From: Eledone cirrhosa
Lineage: Eukaryota
Length of the DNA: 64,000 nucleotides
NCBI GenBank assembly: GCA_964016885.1
Contig: CAXHJY010001549.1
Span: forward strand, 62,001 to 126,000
Direction of reading: 5' to 3'
A program made the position numbers and the translations under genes. The notes beneath the pieces are model-generated. The model was not told the DNA's origin. It worked only from the letters and a program-made list of their open reading frames with translations, and did not search any database. Positions 14,001 through 26,900 of the stretch are shown here, in pieces (positions within the stretch are counted from its first letter, which is position 1; each line of letters begins with the position of its first letter).

Positions 14001-14959
14001 ATAATGCCGAGGTTGACTTTGCCTTTCATCCTTACGGGGGTCGATAAAATAAAGTACCAGTAATACACTGGGTAATTGCTGGCCTTGTGCCAAAAGTAGA
14101 AACACTTATTATTATAACATTTATGCCTCCTTTGATGTGCCAAAAAAATATATCTGTCCAGTATATTTCCTTGAAACCCCAAAAAATGGAAATGAAAAGG
14201 AAAAAAGAAATATCTATGATGTAAAATCTTACATTTTGTAAAGAAACACCATGAGCCTGTCAAACATCCCTTCGCAACATAGAATTCTTGAAGAGCATCA
14301 TTTTTTAAAATGGCCTAAAATAGAATATATCAACAGACAGAGTCAACAATAACTGTACATGGTGGTGTTGGTGGCAGTAGTGGTGCTGTTGATGCTGTTT
14401 AATGTTGTTTGTGGTGGAGGTGGTGGTTGTGTTATTTTTTATGTTGTTGGTATCAATTTACTATGGACATGTGGTTAGAATATCTCGGGAAAGAATCGCT
14501 GGACAGATTTTACCAGCGAAACGAACAGGTAGGAAACCCAGGGGTAGATACCGAGCAAGATGGTTGGATAACTTGGCTGGTCTCGGGAATCCAGCCAGAT
14601 CAGTTGGAGACAGTTACTTCTGACAGGACCCACTGGATGAAGAGTTTGAGGGCCCTGCCTCCAAGACCCTCTCAGGAATAAGTGGGCGAAGAAGAAGTTA
14701 GTAGTGCTGGTGGTAGTGGTGTTGTTGTTGATGGGGACTGGGGTAATACTGAAATTAGTGTTGTTGTTGCTGTTGGTATAGTTGATGTTGTTGTTATTAG
14801 CAATTGTGGTGGTGGTGGTGGTAGTGTTGTTTGTGGTGTTAGTATTGGTGTTTGTTTTGATGTTGATGGTAGTAGCTATGATGGTGTTCGTGTTGGGGGT
14901 ATGGCTGTTGGTGGTGGTGGTGGTGGTATTGTTGGTGAGGGTATTGTTGTTGGTGAGGG

Positions 14960-14993
<34 letters not shown>

Positions 14994-17900
14994 GGTGGGG
15001 TGGAGTTGGCAGTGGTATTGGAATTGCTGTTGTTGCAGGTTGGAGTGGCAGTGGTACTGGTTTTGGTGTTGGTGGTGGTGATGGGATGGTGATAGCAGTG
15101 GTATTGTTATTGTTGGTGTTGCTGTTTATGTTGTAGTTTGTTTTTTTTTTGTTTTTTGTTTTTGTTTTTTTATCATTTATTTCACTGGCTGTGTATAAAT
15201 TTTAAATATAAAAAAAGGTGCATAAAATAAAAAAGTGTGATAAGCTATTTACGAAGAAGAGAATAAAAAGTTCTTAGGAATGGAATAAAATGGCTCGTTA
15301 TTGAGAATCTCTTAATCCCTTAGCATTTAAACCGGCCATGTCTAACCAAACCTCTTTCTGTTCAAACTGGCTGTAACCAGCTTCTCATACTAATGTTAAG
15401 GTATTGTTCTTAAAATAAATAATATCAAAATCTCATAGATTCGTTATCATGTGAGATATTATGTGAAGTAAAGCCTTTTATGTGAAAATTCAATAGTGTA
15501 TATAGAGTAATGAAAATGATAAAGTGTTAATCTGTCTGGTGAAGCCTTCAAGAAAGATTATTGTAAAAAAAACTATCATCCTTTTCATGACTGCCTGTAA
15601 ATGGAACCCTTTATGCAAAGTCATTTTTTGATTTTATTTACAGATTTTGAAATATTTTTTAATAAATGGTCGGTTTTTACCAGAAACAGGACTGTTGATT
15701 ACACAACAGCATCTTTTTAATATATATGTTTACATCTTTTGTGACTGGAAGAGTTGCATCTTTGCACACAAAATGATTCCAAACAATTGGTCCATGATAG
15801 GGGTAAGGAATAGCTGAATTTATTTACTATTGCATTTGAATGTTCCCCTAGAACACTTTATCGGATATTTGTGAATATTCTTTATAAATTCATCTTAGTG
15901 TCATCATCAGTGTTTTGGCTTCTGTAGTCATCAGAGGAATCCTACTGCAGCAGCAAAACACACTCAAAATGGTCTATCAGTGGCAGCCATCAACAAATCT
16001 CGTGTAGTCATGTGCATCCATTCTTTGACATTGTCCAACCAGTTTTTGCATTGGCGTCCCCTCCAGCGTCCACCTTCAAGAGTGCCTTGCATTATGGTCT
16101 TGCACAGACCGTCATGTCATGTGACGTGGCCAAGCCACACCAGTTTCTTCCTCTTGACAGTGGCAAGGAGAGGTTCCTGTTGACCTCAAAACTTTTCACC
16201 TTTCTCCGCACGTATTCATTTCAGTGTAGAGTTGTGATAGACTTTGAACATCAATTGAGCAGCCTAATTTGTCTAAAAAATATTTAGTATTTTATATTTC
16301 CCAGAAGCTCCTCAGAGTGAGAGCCTCTGGCAGCCTTTTATATAATCCTAATTAAATGTTTTTGTAAAGTATGAAGTTTACTTAATTTTGTTTTCTTGAC
16401 TCTACACCAAGCTAGGTTGTTGCTATTAGTGTTGTTAGTGGTGTTGTTGGTATTAGTGGTGTTGGTGTTGTTGTTGGTGGTGTTGTGTTTGGTGTTGGTG
16501 TTGTTAGTGGTGGTGTTGTTGTTAGTGGTGTTGTTGTTAGTGGTGGTGTTGTTAGTGGTGTTGTTGTTGTTGTGTTGTTGGTGGTGTTGTTGTGTTTGGT
16601 GTTGTTAGTGTTGGTGTTGTTGGTGGTGGTGTTGTTGGTGTTGGTGGTGTTGTTAGTGGTGTTGTTGGTGTTAGTGGTGTTGTTGGTGTTAGTGGTGTTG
16701 GTGTTGTTAGTGGTGTTGTTGTGTTTGGTGTTGTTAGTGTTGGTGTTGGTGTTGTTAGTGGTGTTGTTGTTAGTGGTGGTGTTGTTAGTGGTGTTGTTGT
16801 TAGTGATGTTGTTGTTAGTGGTGTTGTTGTTAGTGGTGTTGTTGTTGTTGGTGTTGTTGGTGTTGGTGGTGTTGTTGTTAGTGGTGTTGTTGTTAGTGCT
16901 GTTGTTGTTAGTGGTGTTGTTGTTAGTGGTGGTGTTGTTAGTGGTGGTGATGTTAGTGGTGGTGTTGTTGGTGGTGGTGTTCTTAGTGGTGGTGTTGTTA
17001 GTGGTGTTGTTGTTGGTGGTGGTGTTGTTAGTGGTGGTGTTGTTAGTGGTGGTGTTGTTAGTGGTGGTGTTGTTAGTGGTGTTGTTGTTAGTGATGTTGT
17101 TGTTAGTGGTGTTGTTGTTAGTGGTGTTGTTGTTGTTGGTGTTGTTGGTGTTGGTGGTGTTGTTGTTAGTGGTGTTGTTGTTAGTGGTGGTGTTGTTAGT
17201 GGTGGTGATGTTAGTGGTGGTGTTGTTGGTGGTGGTGTTGTTAGTGGTGGTGTTGTTAGTGGTGTTGTTGTTGGTGGTGGTGTTGTTAGTGGTGGTGTTG
17301 TTGTTAGTGGTGTTGTTGTTAGTGGTGTTGTTGTTAGTGATGTTGTTAGTGGTGGTGTTGTTAGTGGTGTTGTTGTTAGTGGTGGAGTTGTTAGTAGTGT
17401 TGTTGTTAGTGATGGTGTTAGTGGTGGTGTTGTTAGTGGTGGAGTTGTTAGTGATGTTGTTGTTAGTGGTGTTGTTGTTAGTGGTGTTGTTGTTAGTGGT
17501 GGTGTTGTTAGTGATGTTGTTGTTAGTGATGTTGTTAGTGGTGGTGTTGTTGTTAGTGGTGGTGTTGTTAGTGGTGGTGTTGTTAGTGGTGTTGTTGTTA
17601 GTGGTGGTGTTGTTAGTGATGTTGTTGTTAGTGATGTTGTTGTTAGTGGTGTTGTTGTTAGTGGTGTTGTTGTTGTTAGTGGTGGTGTTGTTGTTAGTGG
17701 TGTTGTTGTTAGTGGTGTTGTTGTTAGTGGTGTTGTTGTTAGTGGTGTTGTTGTTAGTGGTGGTGTTGTTAGTGGTGTTGTTGTTAGTGGTGGAGTTGTT
17801 AGTGGTGGTGTTGTTAGTGGTGGTGTTGTTAGTGGTGGTGGTGTTGTTAGTGGTGGTGTTGTTAGTGGTGTTGTTGTTAGTGGTGGAGTTGTTAGTGATG

Positions 17901-20900
17901 TTGTTGTTAGTGATGTTGTTAGTGGTGGTGTTGTTAGTGATGTTGTTAGTGGTGTTGTTGTTAGTGATGGTGTTGTTAGTGGTGTTGTTGTTAGTGGTGG
18001 AGTTGTTAGTGGTGGTGTTGTTAGTGGTGGTGTTGTTAGTGGTGGTGTTGTTAGTGGTGTTGTTGTTAGTGGTGGAGTTGTTAGTGGTGGAGTTGTTAGT
18101 GATGTTGTTAGTGGTGGTGTTGTTAGTGATGTTGTTGTTAGTGATGTTGTTAGTGGTGGTGTTGTTAGTGATGTTGTTAGTGGTGTTGTTGTTAGTGGTG
18201 GTGTTGTTAGTGGTGTTGTTGTTAGTGGTGGAGTTGTTAGTGGTGGTGTTGTTAGTGGTGGTGTTGTTAGTGGTGGTGTTGTTAGTGGTGTTGTTGTTAG
18301 TGGTGGAGTTGTTAGTGATGTTGTTGTTAGTGATGTTGTTAGTGGTGGTGTTGTTAGTGATGTTGTTAGTGGTGTTGTTGTTAGTGATGTTGTTAGTGGT
18401 GGTGTTGTTAGTGATGTTGTTGTTAGTGGTGGAGTTGTTAGTGGTGTTGTTGTTAGTGGTGTTGTTGTTAGTGGTGTTGTTGTTAGTGGTGTTGTTGTTA
18501 GTGATGTTGTTGTTAGTGATGTTGTTAGTGGTGGTGTTGTTAGTGATGTTGTTAGTGGTGTTGTTGTTAGTGATGTTGTTAGTGGTGTTGTTAGTGGTGG
18601 TGTTGTTAGTGGTGTTGTTGTTAGTGGTGGTGTTGTTAGTGGTGTTGTTGTTAGTGGTGGAGTTGTTAGTAGTGTTGTTGTTAGTGGTGTTGTTGTTAGT
18701 GGTGTTGTTGTTGTTAGTGGTGGTGTTGTTAGTGGTGGTGTTGTTAGTGGTGGTGTTGTTAGTGGTGGTGTTGTTGTTGGTGTTGGTGTTGTTGTTAGTG
18801 GTGTTGTTGTTAGTGGTGGTGTTGTTAGTGGTGGTGTTGTTAGTGGTGGTGTTGTTAGTGGTGGTGTTGTTGGTGTTGTTGTTAGTGATGTTGTTGTTAG
18901 TGGTGGTGTTGTTAGTGGTGTTGTTGTTAGTCGTGTTGTTGTTAGTGATGTTGTTAGTGGTGGTGTTGTTGTTAGTGGTGTTGTTGTTAGTGGTGGTGTT
19001 GTTAGTGGTGTTGTTGTTGTTGTGTTGTTGGTGGTGTTGTTGTGTTTGGTGTTGTTAGTGTTGGTGCTGTTGGTGGTGGTGTTGTTGGTGTTGGTGGTGT
19101 TGTTAGTGGTGTTGTTGGTGTTAGTGGTGTTGGTGTTGTTAGTGGTGTTGTTAGTGGTGGTGTTGTTAGTGGTGGTGTTGTTAGTGTTGGTGTTGTTAGT
19201 GGTGGTGTTGTTAGTGGTGTTGTTGTCAGTGGTGTTGTTGTCAGTGGTGTTGTTGTTAGTGGTGGTGTTGTTAGTGGTGGTGTTGTTAGTGGTGGTGTTG
19301 TTAGTGGTGTTGGTGGTGTTAGTGGTGGTGTTGTTGTTAGTGGTATTGGTTGTGTTGGTGGTGTTGTTGTTGTTAGTGGTGGTGTTGTTAGTGGTGGTGT
19401 TGTTAGTGTTGGTGTTGTTAGTGGTGGTGTTGTTAGTGGTGGTGTTGTTAGTGGTGGTGTTGTTGTTAGTGGTGGTGTTGTTAGTGGTGGTGTTGTTAGT
19501 GGTGGTGTTGTTGTTGGTGTTGGTGTTGTTGTTAGTGGTGTTGTTGTTAGTGGTGGTGTTGTTAGTGGTGGTGTTAGTGGTGGTGTTGTTGTTGGTGTTG
19601 GTGTTGTTGTTAGTGGTGTTGTTGTTAGTGGTGGTGTTGTTAGTGGTGTTGTTAGTGGTGGTATTGTTAGTGGTGTTGTTGTTAGTGGTGGTGTTGTTAG
19701 TGGTGTTGTTGTTAGTGGTGTTGTTGTTAGTGGTGTTGTTGTTAGTGGTGTTGTTGTTAGTGGTGTTGTTGTTGGTGGTGGTGTTGTTGGTGGTGGTGTT
19801 GTTAGTGGTGGTGTTGTTAGTGGTGGTGTTGTTAGTGGTGTTGTTGGTGTTGGTGGTGTTGTTAGTGGTGTTGTTGTTAGTGGTGTTGTTGGTGTTGGTG
19901 GGGTTGTTGGTGGTGGTGTTGTTAGTGGTGGTGTTGTTAGTGGTGGTGTTGTTGGTGGTGGTGTTGTTGTTGGTAGTGTTGTCAGTGGTGGTGTTGTTAG
20001 TGGTGGTGTTGTTAGTGGTGTTGTTGTTAGTGGTGTTGTTGTTAGTGGTGGTGTTGTTAGTGGTGGTGTTGTTAGTGGTGGTGTTGTTAGTGGTGTTGTT
20101 GTTGTTAGTGGTGGTGTTGTTAGTGGTGGTGTTGTTAGTGGTGTTGTTAGTGGTGGTGTTGTTAGTGGTGTTGTTGTTAGTGGTGGTGTTGTTAGTGGTG
20201 TTGTTGTTAGTGGTGTTGTTGTTAGTGGTGGTGTTGTTAGTGGTGGTGTTGTTAGTGGTGTTGTTGTTGTTGTTAGTGGTGTTGTTGTTAGTGGTGGTGT
20301 TGTTAGTGGTGGTGTTGTTAGTGGTGGTGTTGTTAGTGGTGGTGTTGTTAGTGGTGTTGTTAGTGGTGTTGTTGTTAGTGGTGTTGTTGTCAGTGGTGGT
20401 GTTGTTAGTGGTGGTGTTGTTAGTGGTGTTGTTGTTGTTGTTAGTGGTGTTGTTGTTGTTGTTAGTGGTGGTGTTGTTAGTGGTGGTGTTGTTAGTGGTG
20501 TTGTTGTTGTTGTTAGTGGTGGTGTTGTTAGTGGTGGTGTTGTTAGTGGTGGTGTTGTTAGTGGTGTTGTTGTTAGTGGTGGTGTTGTTAGTGGTGTTGT
20601 TGTTAGTGGTGTTGTTGTTAGTGGTGGTGTTGTTAGTGGTGTTGTTGTTAGTGGTGGTGTTGTTAGTGGTGTTGTTGTTAGTGGTGGTGTTGTTAGTGGT
20701 GGTGTTGTTAGTGGTGGTGTTGTTAGTGGTGGTGTTGTTAGTGGTGGTGTTGTTAGTGGTGTTGTTGTTAGTGGTGGTGTTGTTAGTGGTGTTGTTGTTA
20801 GTGGTGGTGTTGTTAGTGGTGGTGTTGTTAGTGGTGTTGTTGTTAGTGGTGTTGTTGTTAGTGGTGGTGTTGTTAGTGGTGGTGTTGTTAGTGGTGTTGT

Positions 20901-23900
20901 TGTTGTTGTTAGTGGTGTTGTTGTTAGTGGTGGTGTTGTTAGTGGTGGTGTTGTTAGTGGTGGTGTTGTTAGTGGTGGTGTTGTTAGTGGTGTTGTTAGT
21001 GGTGTTGTTGTTAGTGGTGTTGTTGTCAGTGGTGGTGTTGTTAGTGGTGGTGTTGTTAGTGGTGTTGTTGTTGTTGTTAGTGGTGTTGTTGTTGTTGTTA
21101 GTGGTGGTGTTGTTAGTGGTGGTGTTGTTAGTGGTGTTGTTGTTGTTGTTAGTGGTGGTGTTGTTAGTGGTGGTGTTGTTAGTGGTGGTGTTGTTAGTGG
21201 TGTTGTTGTTAGTGGTGGTGTTGTTAGTGGTGTTGTTGTTAGTGGTGTTGTTGTTAGTGGTGGTGTTGTTAGTGGTGTTGTTGTTAGTGGTGGTGTTGTT
21301 AGTGGTGTTGTTGTTAGTGGTGGTGTTGTTAGTGGTGGTGTTGTTAGTGGTGGTGTTGTTAGTGGTGGTGTTGTTAGTGGTGGTGTTGTTAGTGGTGTTG
21401 TTGTTAGTGGTGGTGTTGTTAGTGGTGTTGTTGTTAGTGGTGGTGTTGTTAGTGGTGGTGTTGTTAGTGGTGTTGTTGTTAGTGGTGGTGTTGTTAGTGG
21501 TGTTGTTGTTAGTGGTGGTGTTGTTAGTGGTGGTGTTGTTAGTGGTGTTGTTGTTAGTGGTGGTGTTGTTAGTGGTGGTGTTCTTAGTGGTGGTGTTCTT
21601 AGTGGTGGTGTTGTTAGTGGTGGTGTTGTTAGTGGTGGTGTTGTTAGTGGTGTTGTTGTTAGTGGTGGTGTTGTTAGTGGTGTTGTTGTTAGTGGTGGTG
21701 TTGTTAGTGGTGTTGTTGTTAGTGGTGGTGTTGTTAGTGGTGGTGTTGTTAGTGGTGGTGTTGTTAGTGGTGTTGTTGTTAGTGGTGGTGTTGTTAGTGG
21801 TGGTGTTGTTAGTGGTGGTGTTGTTAGTGGTGGTGTTGTTAGTGGTGTTGTTGTTAGTGGTGGTGTTGTTAGTGGTGGTGTTGTTAGTGGTGTTGTTGTT
21901 AGTGGTGGTGTTGTTAGTGGTGGTGTTGTTAGTGGTGTTGTTGTTAGTGGTGGTGTTGTTAGTGGTGGTGTTGTTAGTGGTGTTGTTGTTAGTGGTGGTG
22001 TTGTTAGTGGTGGTGTTGTTAGTGGTGTTGTTGTTAGTGGTGTTGTTGTTGTTAGTGGTGTTGTTGTTAGTGGTGGTGTTGTTAATGGTGTTGTTGTTAG
22101 TGGTGGTGTTGTTAGTGGTGGTGTTGTTAGTGGTGGTGTTGTTAGTGGTGGTGTTGTTAGTGGTGGTGTTGTCAGTGGTGGTGTTGCTAGTGGTGTTGTT
22201 GTTAGTGGTGGTGTTGTTAGTGGTGTTGTTAGTGGTGTTGTTGTTAGTGGTGTTGTTGTTGTTAGTGGTGTTGTTGTTAGTGGTGGTGTTGTTAATGGTG
22301 TTGTTGTTAGTGGTGGTGTTGTTAGTGGTGGTGTTGTTAGTGGTGGTGTTGTTAGTGGTGTTGTTGTTGTTAGTGGTGTTGTTGTTAGTGGTGGTGTTGT
22401 TAATGGTGTTGTTGTTAGTGGTGGTGTTGTTAGTGGTGGTGTTGTTAGTGGTGTTGTTGTTAGTGGTGTTGTTGTTGTTAGTGGTGTTGTTGTTAGTGGT
22501 GGTGTTGTTAATGGTGTTGTTGTTAGTGGTGGTGTTGTTAGTGGTGGTGTTGTTAGTGGTGGTGTTGTTAGTGGTGTTGTTGTTGTTAGTGGTGTTGTTG
22601 TTAGTGGTGGTGTTGTTAATGGTGTTGTTGTTAGTGGTGGTGTTGTTAGTGGTGGTGTTGTTAGTGGTGGTGTTGTCAGTGGTGGTGTTGTTAGTGGTGT
22701 TGTTGTTGTTAGTGGTGTTGTTGTTAGTGGTGGTGTTGTTAATGGTGTTGTTGTTAGTGGTGGTGTTGTTAGTGGTGGTGTTGTTAGTGGTGGTGTTGTC
22801 AGTGGTGGTGTTGTTAGTGGTGTTGTTGTTGTTAGTGGTGTTGTTGTTAGTGGTGGTGTTGTTAATGGTGTTGTTGTTAGTGGTGGTGTTGTTAGTGGTG
22901 GTGTTGTTATTGGTGGTGTTGTCAGTGGTGGTGTTGTTAGTGGTGTTGTTGTTGTTAGTGGTGTTGTTGTTAGTGGTGGTGTTGTTAATGGTGTTGTTGT
23001 TAGTAGTGGTGTTGTTAGTGGTGGTGTTGTTAGTGGTGGTGTTGTCAGTGGTGGTGTTGTTAGTGGTGTTGTTGTTAGTGGTGGTGTTGTTAGTGGTGGT
23101 GTTGTTAGTGGTGTTGTTGTTGTTAGTGGTGTTGTTGTTAATGGTGGTGTTGTTAGTGGTGGTGTTGTTAGTGGTGGTGTTGTTAGTGGTGGTGTTGTTA
23201 GTGGTGGTGGTGTTAGTGGTGGTGTTGTTGTTGGTGTTGTTGTTAGTGGTGGTGTTGTTAGTGGTGGTGGTGTTAGTGGTGGTGTTGTTGTTGGTGTTGT
23301 TGTTAGTGGTGGTGTTGTTAGTGGTGTTGTTGTTAGTGGTGTTGTTGTTAGTGGTGGTGTTGTTAGTGGTGTTGTTGTTGGTGGTGGTGTTGTTGGTGGT
23401 GGTGTTGTTAGTGGTGGTGTTGTTAGTGGTGGTGATGTTAGTGGTGGTGGTGTTAGTGGTGGTGTTGTTGTTGGTGTTGTTGTTAGTGGTGGTGTTGTTA
23501 GTGGTGTTGTTGTTAGTGGTGTTGTTGTTAGTGGTGTTGTTGTTAGTGGTGTTGTTGTTAGTGGTGGTGTTGTTAGTGGTGGTGTTGTTAGTGGTGGTGT
23601 TGTTAGTGGTGGTGTTGTTAGTGGTGGTGTTGTTAGTGGTGGTGTTGTTGTTGGTGTTGTTGTTAGTGGTGGTGTTGTTAGTGGTGTTGTTGTTGGTGGT
23701 GTTGTTGTTAGTGGTGTTGTTGTTAGTGGTGGTGTTGTTGGTGTTGGTGTTGTTAGTGGTGTTGTTGTTAGTGGTGGTGTTGTTAGTGGTGGTGTTGTTA
23801 GTGGTGTTGTTGTTAGTGGTGTTGGTGTTAGTGGTGTTGTTGTTAGTGGTGGTGTTGTTGGTGGTGTTGTTAGTGGTGTTGTTGTTAGTGGTGTTGTTGT

Positions 23901-26900
23901 TAGTGGTGGTGTTGTTAGTGGTGTTGTTGTTAGTGATGTTGTTGTTAGTGGTGGTGTTGTTAGTGGTGTTGTTGTTAGTGGTGGTGTTGTTGGTGGTGTT
24001 GTTGTTAGTGATGTTGTTAGTGGTGTTGTTGTTAGTGGTGTTGTTGTTAGTGGTGGTGTTGTTAGTGGTGGTGTTGTTAGTGGTGTTGGTGTTGTTGTTA
24101 GTGGTGTTGTTGTTAGTGGTGGTGTTGTTAGTGGTGGTGTTGTTAGTGGTGGTGTTGTTAGTGATGTTGTTGTTAGTGGTGGTGTTGTTAGTGGTGTTGT
24201 TGTTAGTGGTGTTGGTGTTGTTGTTAGTGGTGGTGTTGTTAGTGTTGGTGTTGTTAGTGGTGGTGTTGTTAGTGGTGTTGCTGTTAGTGGTGGTGTTGTT
24301 AGTGGTGGTGTTGTTAGTGGTGTTGTTGTTAGTGGTGGTGTTGTTAGTGGTGTTGTTGTTGGTGTTGTTGTTAGTGGTGGTGTTGTTAGTGGTGGTGTTG
24401 TTAGTGGTGGAGTTGTTGGTGTTGTTGTTAGTGGTGTTGGTTGTGTTGGTGGTGTTGTTGTTGTTAGTGGTGGTGTTGTTAGTGATGGTGTTGTTAGTGT
24501 TGGTGTTGTTAGTGGTGGTGTTGTTAGTGGTGGTGTTGTTGTTAGTGGTGGTGTTGTTAGTGGTGGTGTTGTTAGTGGTGGTGTTGTTAGTGGTGGTGTT
24601 GTTGTTAGTGGTGGTGTTGTTAGTGGTGGTGTTGTTAGTGGTGGTGTTGTTGTTGGTGTTGGTGTTGGTGTTGTTGTTAGTGGTGTTGTTGTTAGTGGTG
24701 GTGTTGTTAGTGGTGGTGTTGTTAGTGGTGGTATTGTTAGTGGTGTTGTTGTTAGTGGTGGTGTTGTTAGTGGTGTTGTTGTTAGTGGTGTTGTTGTTAC
24801 TGGTGTTGTTGTTAGTGGTGTTGTTGTTAGTGGTGTTGTTGTTGGTGGTGTTTTTAGTGGTGGTGTTGTTAGTGGTGGTGTTGTTAGTGGTGTTGTTGGT
24901 GTTGGTGGTGTTGTTAGTGGTGTTGTTGTTAGTGGTGTTGTTGGTGTTGGTGGTGTTGTTGGTGGTGGTGTTGTTAGTGGTGGTGTTGTTAGTGGTGGTG
25001 TTGTTGGTGGTGGTGTTGTTGTTGGTAGTGTTGTCAGTGGTGGTGTTGTTAGTGGTGGTGTTGTTAGTGGTGGTGTTGTTAGTGGTGTTGTTGTTAGTGG
25101 TGTTGTTGTTAGTGGTGGTGTTGTTAGTGGTGGTGTTGTTAGTGGTGTTGTTAGTGGTGGTGTTGTTAGTGTTGTTGTTGTTAGTGGTGGTGTTGTTAGT
25201 GGTGGTGTTGTTAGTGGTGTTGTTAGTGGTGGTGTTGTTAGTGGTGTTGTTGTTAGTGGTGGTGTTGTTAGTGGTGTTGTTGTTAGTGGTATTGTTGTTA
25301 GTGGTGGTGTTGTTAGTGGTGGTGTTGTTAGTGGTGGTGTTGTTAGTGGTGGTGTTGTTAGTGGTGTTGTTAGTGGTGTTGTTGTTAGTGGTGTTGTTGT
25401 CAGTGGTGGTGTTGTTAGTGGTGGTGTTGTTAGTGGTGTTGTTGTTGTTGTTAGTGGTGTTGTTGTTGTTGTTAGTGGTGGTGTTGTTAGTGGTGCTGTT
25501 GTTAGTGGTGGTGTTGTTAGTGGTGTTGTTGTTGTTGTTAGTGGTGGTGTTGTTAGTGGTGGTGTTGTTAGTGGTGGTGTTGTTAGTGGTGTTGTTGTTA
25601 GTGGTGGTGTTGTTAGTGGTGGTGTTGTTAGTGGTGTTGTTGTTAGTGGTGGTGTTGTCAGTGGTGGTGTTGTTAGTGGTGTTGTTGTTAGTGGTGGTGT
25701 TGTTAGTGGTGGTGTTGTTAGTGGTGTTGTTGTTAGTGGTGTTGTTGTTGTTAGTGGTGTTGTTGTTAGTGGTGGTGTTGTTAATGGTGTTGTTGTTAGT
25801 GGTGGTGTTGTTAGTGCTGGTGTTGTTAGTGGTGGTGTTGTTAGTGCTGGTGTTGTTAGTGGTGGTGTTGTTAGTGGTGGTGTTGTTAGTGGTGGTGTTG
25901 TTAGTGGTGGTGTTGTTAGTGGTGGTGTTGTTGTTAGTGGTGTTGTTGTTAGTGGTGGTGTTGTTAATGGTGTTGTTGTTAGTGGTGGTGTTGTTAGTGG
26001 TGGTGTTGTTAGTGGTGGTGTTGTTAGTGGTGGTGTTGTTAGTGGTGGTGGTGTTAGTGGTGGTGTTGTTGTTGGTGTTGTTGTTAGTGGTGGTGTTGTT
26101 AGTGGTGTTGTTGTTAGTGGTGTTGTTGTTAGTGGTGGTGTTGTTAGTGGTGTTGTTGTTGGTGGTGTTGTTGTTAGTGGTGTTGTTGTTAGTGGTGGTG
26201 TTGTTAGTGGTGGTGTTGTTGTTGGTGTTGTTGTTAGTGGTGGTGTTGTTAGTGGTGTTGTTGTTGGTGGTGTTGTTGTTAGTGGTGGTGTTGTTAGTGG
26301 TGGTGTTGTTAGTGGTGTTGTTGTTAGTGGTGGTGTTGTTAGTGGTGTTGTTGTTAGTGGTGTTGTTGTTAGTGGTGGTGTTGTTAGTGGTGTTGTTGTT
26401 GGTGGTGTTGTTGTTAGTGGTGTTGTTGTTAGTGGTGGTGATGTTAGTGGTGTTGTTGTTGGTGGTGTTGTTGTTAGTGGTGTTGTTGTTAGTGGTGTTG
26501 TTGTTGGTGGTGTTGTTGTTAGTGGTGGTGTTGTTAGTGGTGGTGTTGTTGTTGGTGTTGTTGTTAGTGGTGGTGTTGTTAGTGGTGTTGTTGTTGGTGG
26601 TGGTGTTGTTAGTGGTGGTGTTGTTAGTGGTGGTGTTGTTGTTGGTGTTGTTGTTAGTGGTGGTGTTGTTAGTGGTGTTGTTGTTGGTGGTGGTGTTGTT
26701 GGTGGTGGTGTTGTTAGTGGTGGTGTTGTTGTTGGTGTTGTTGTTAGTGGTGGTGTTGTTAGTGGTGGTGTTGTTAGTGGTGTTGTTGTTAGTGGTGTTG
26801 TTGTTGGTGGTGTTGTTGTTAGTGGTGGTGTTGTTAGTGGTGGTGTTGTTAGTGGTGGTGTTGTTGTTGGTGGTGTTGTTGTTAGTGGTGGTGTTGTTAG

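Noticed and set aside
14110-14169. Possible small exon EIYWTDIFFWHIKG
   Set aside because: Lies downstream of exon 3 in an incompatible phase and has no convincing donor
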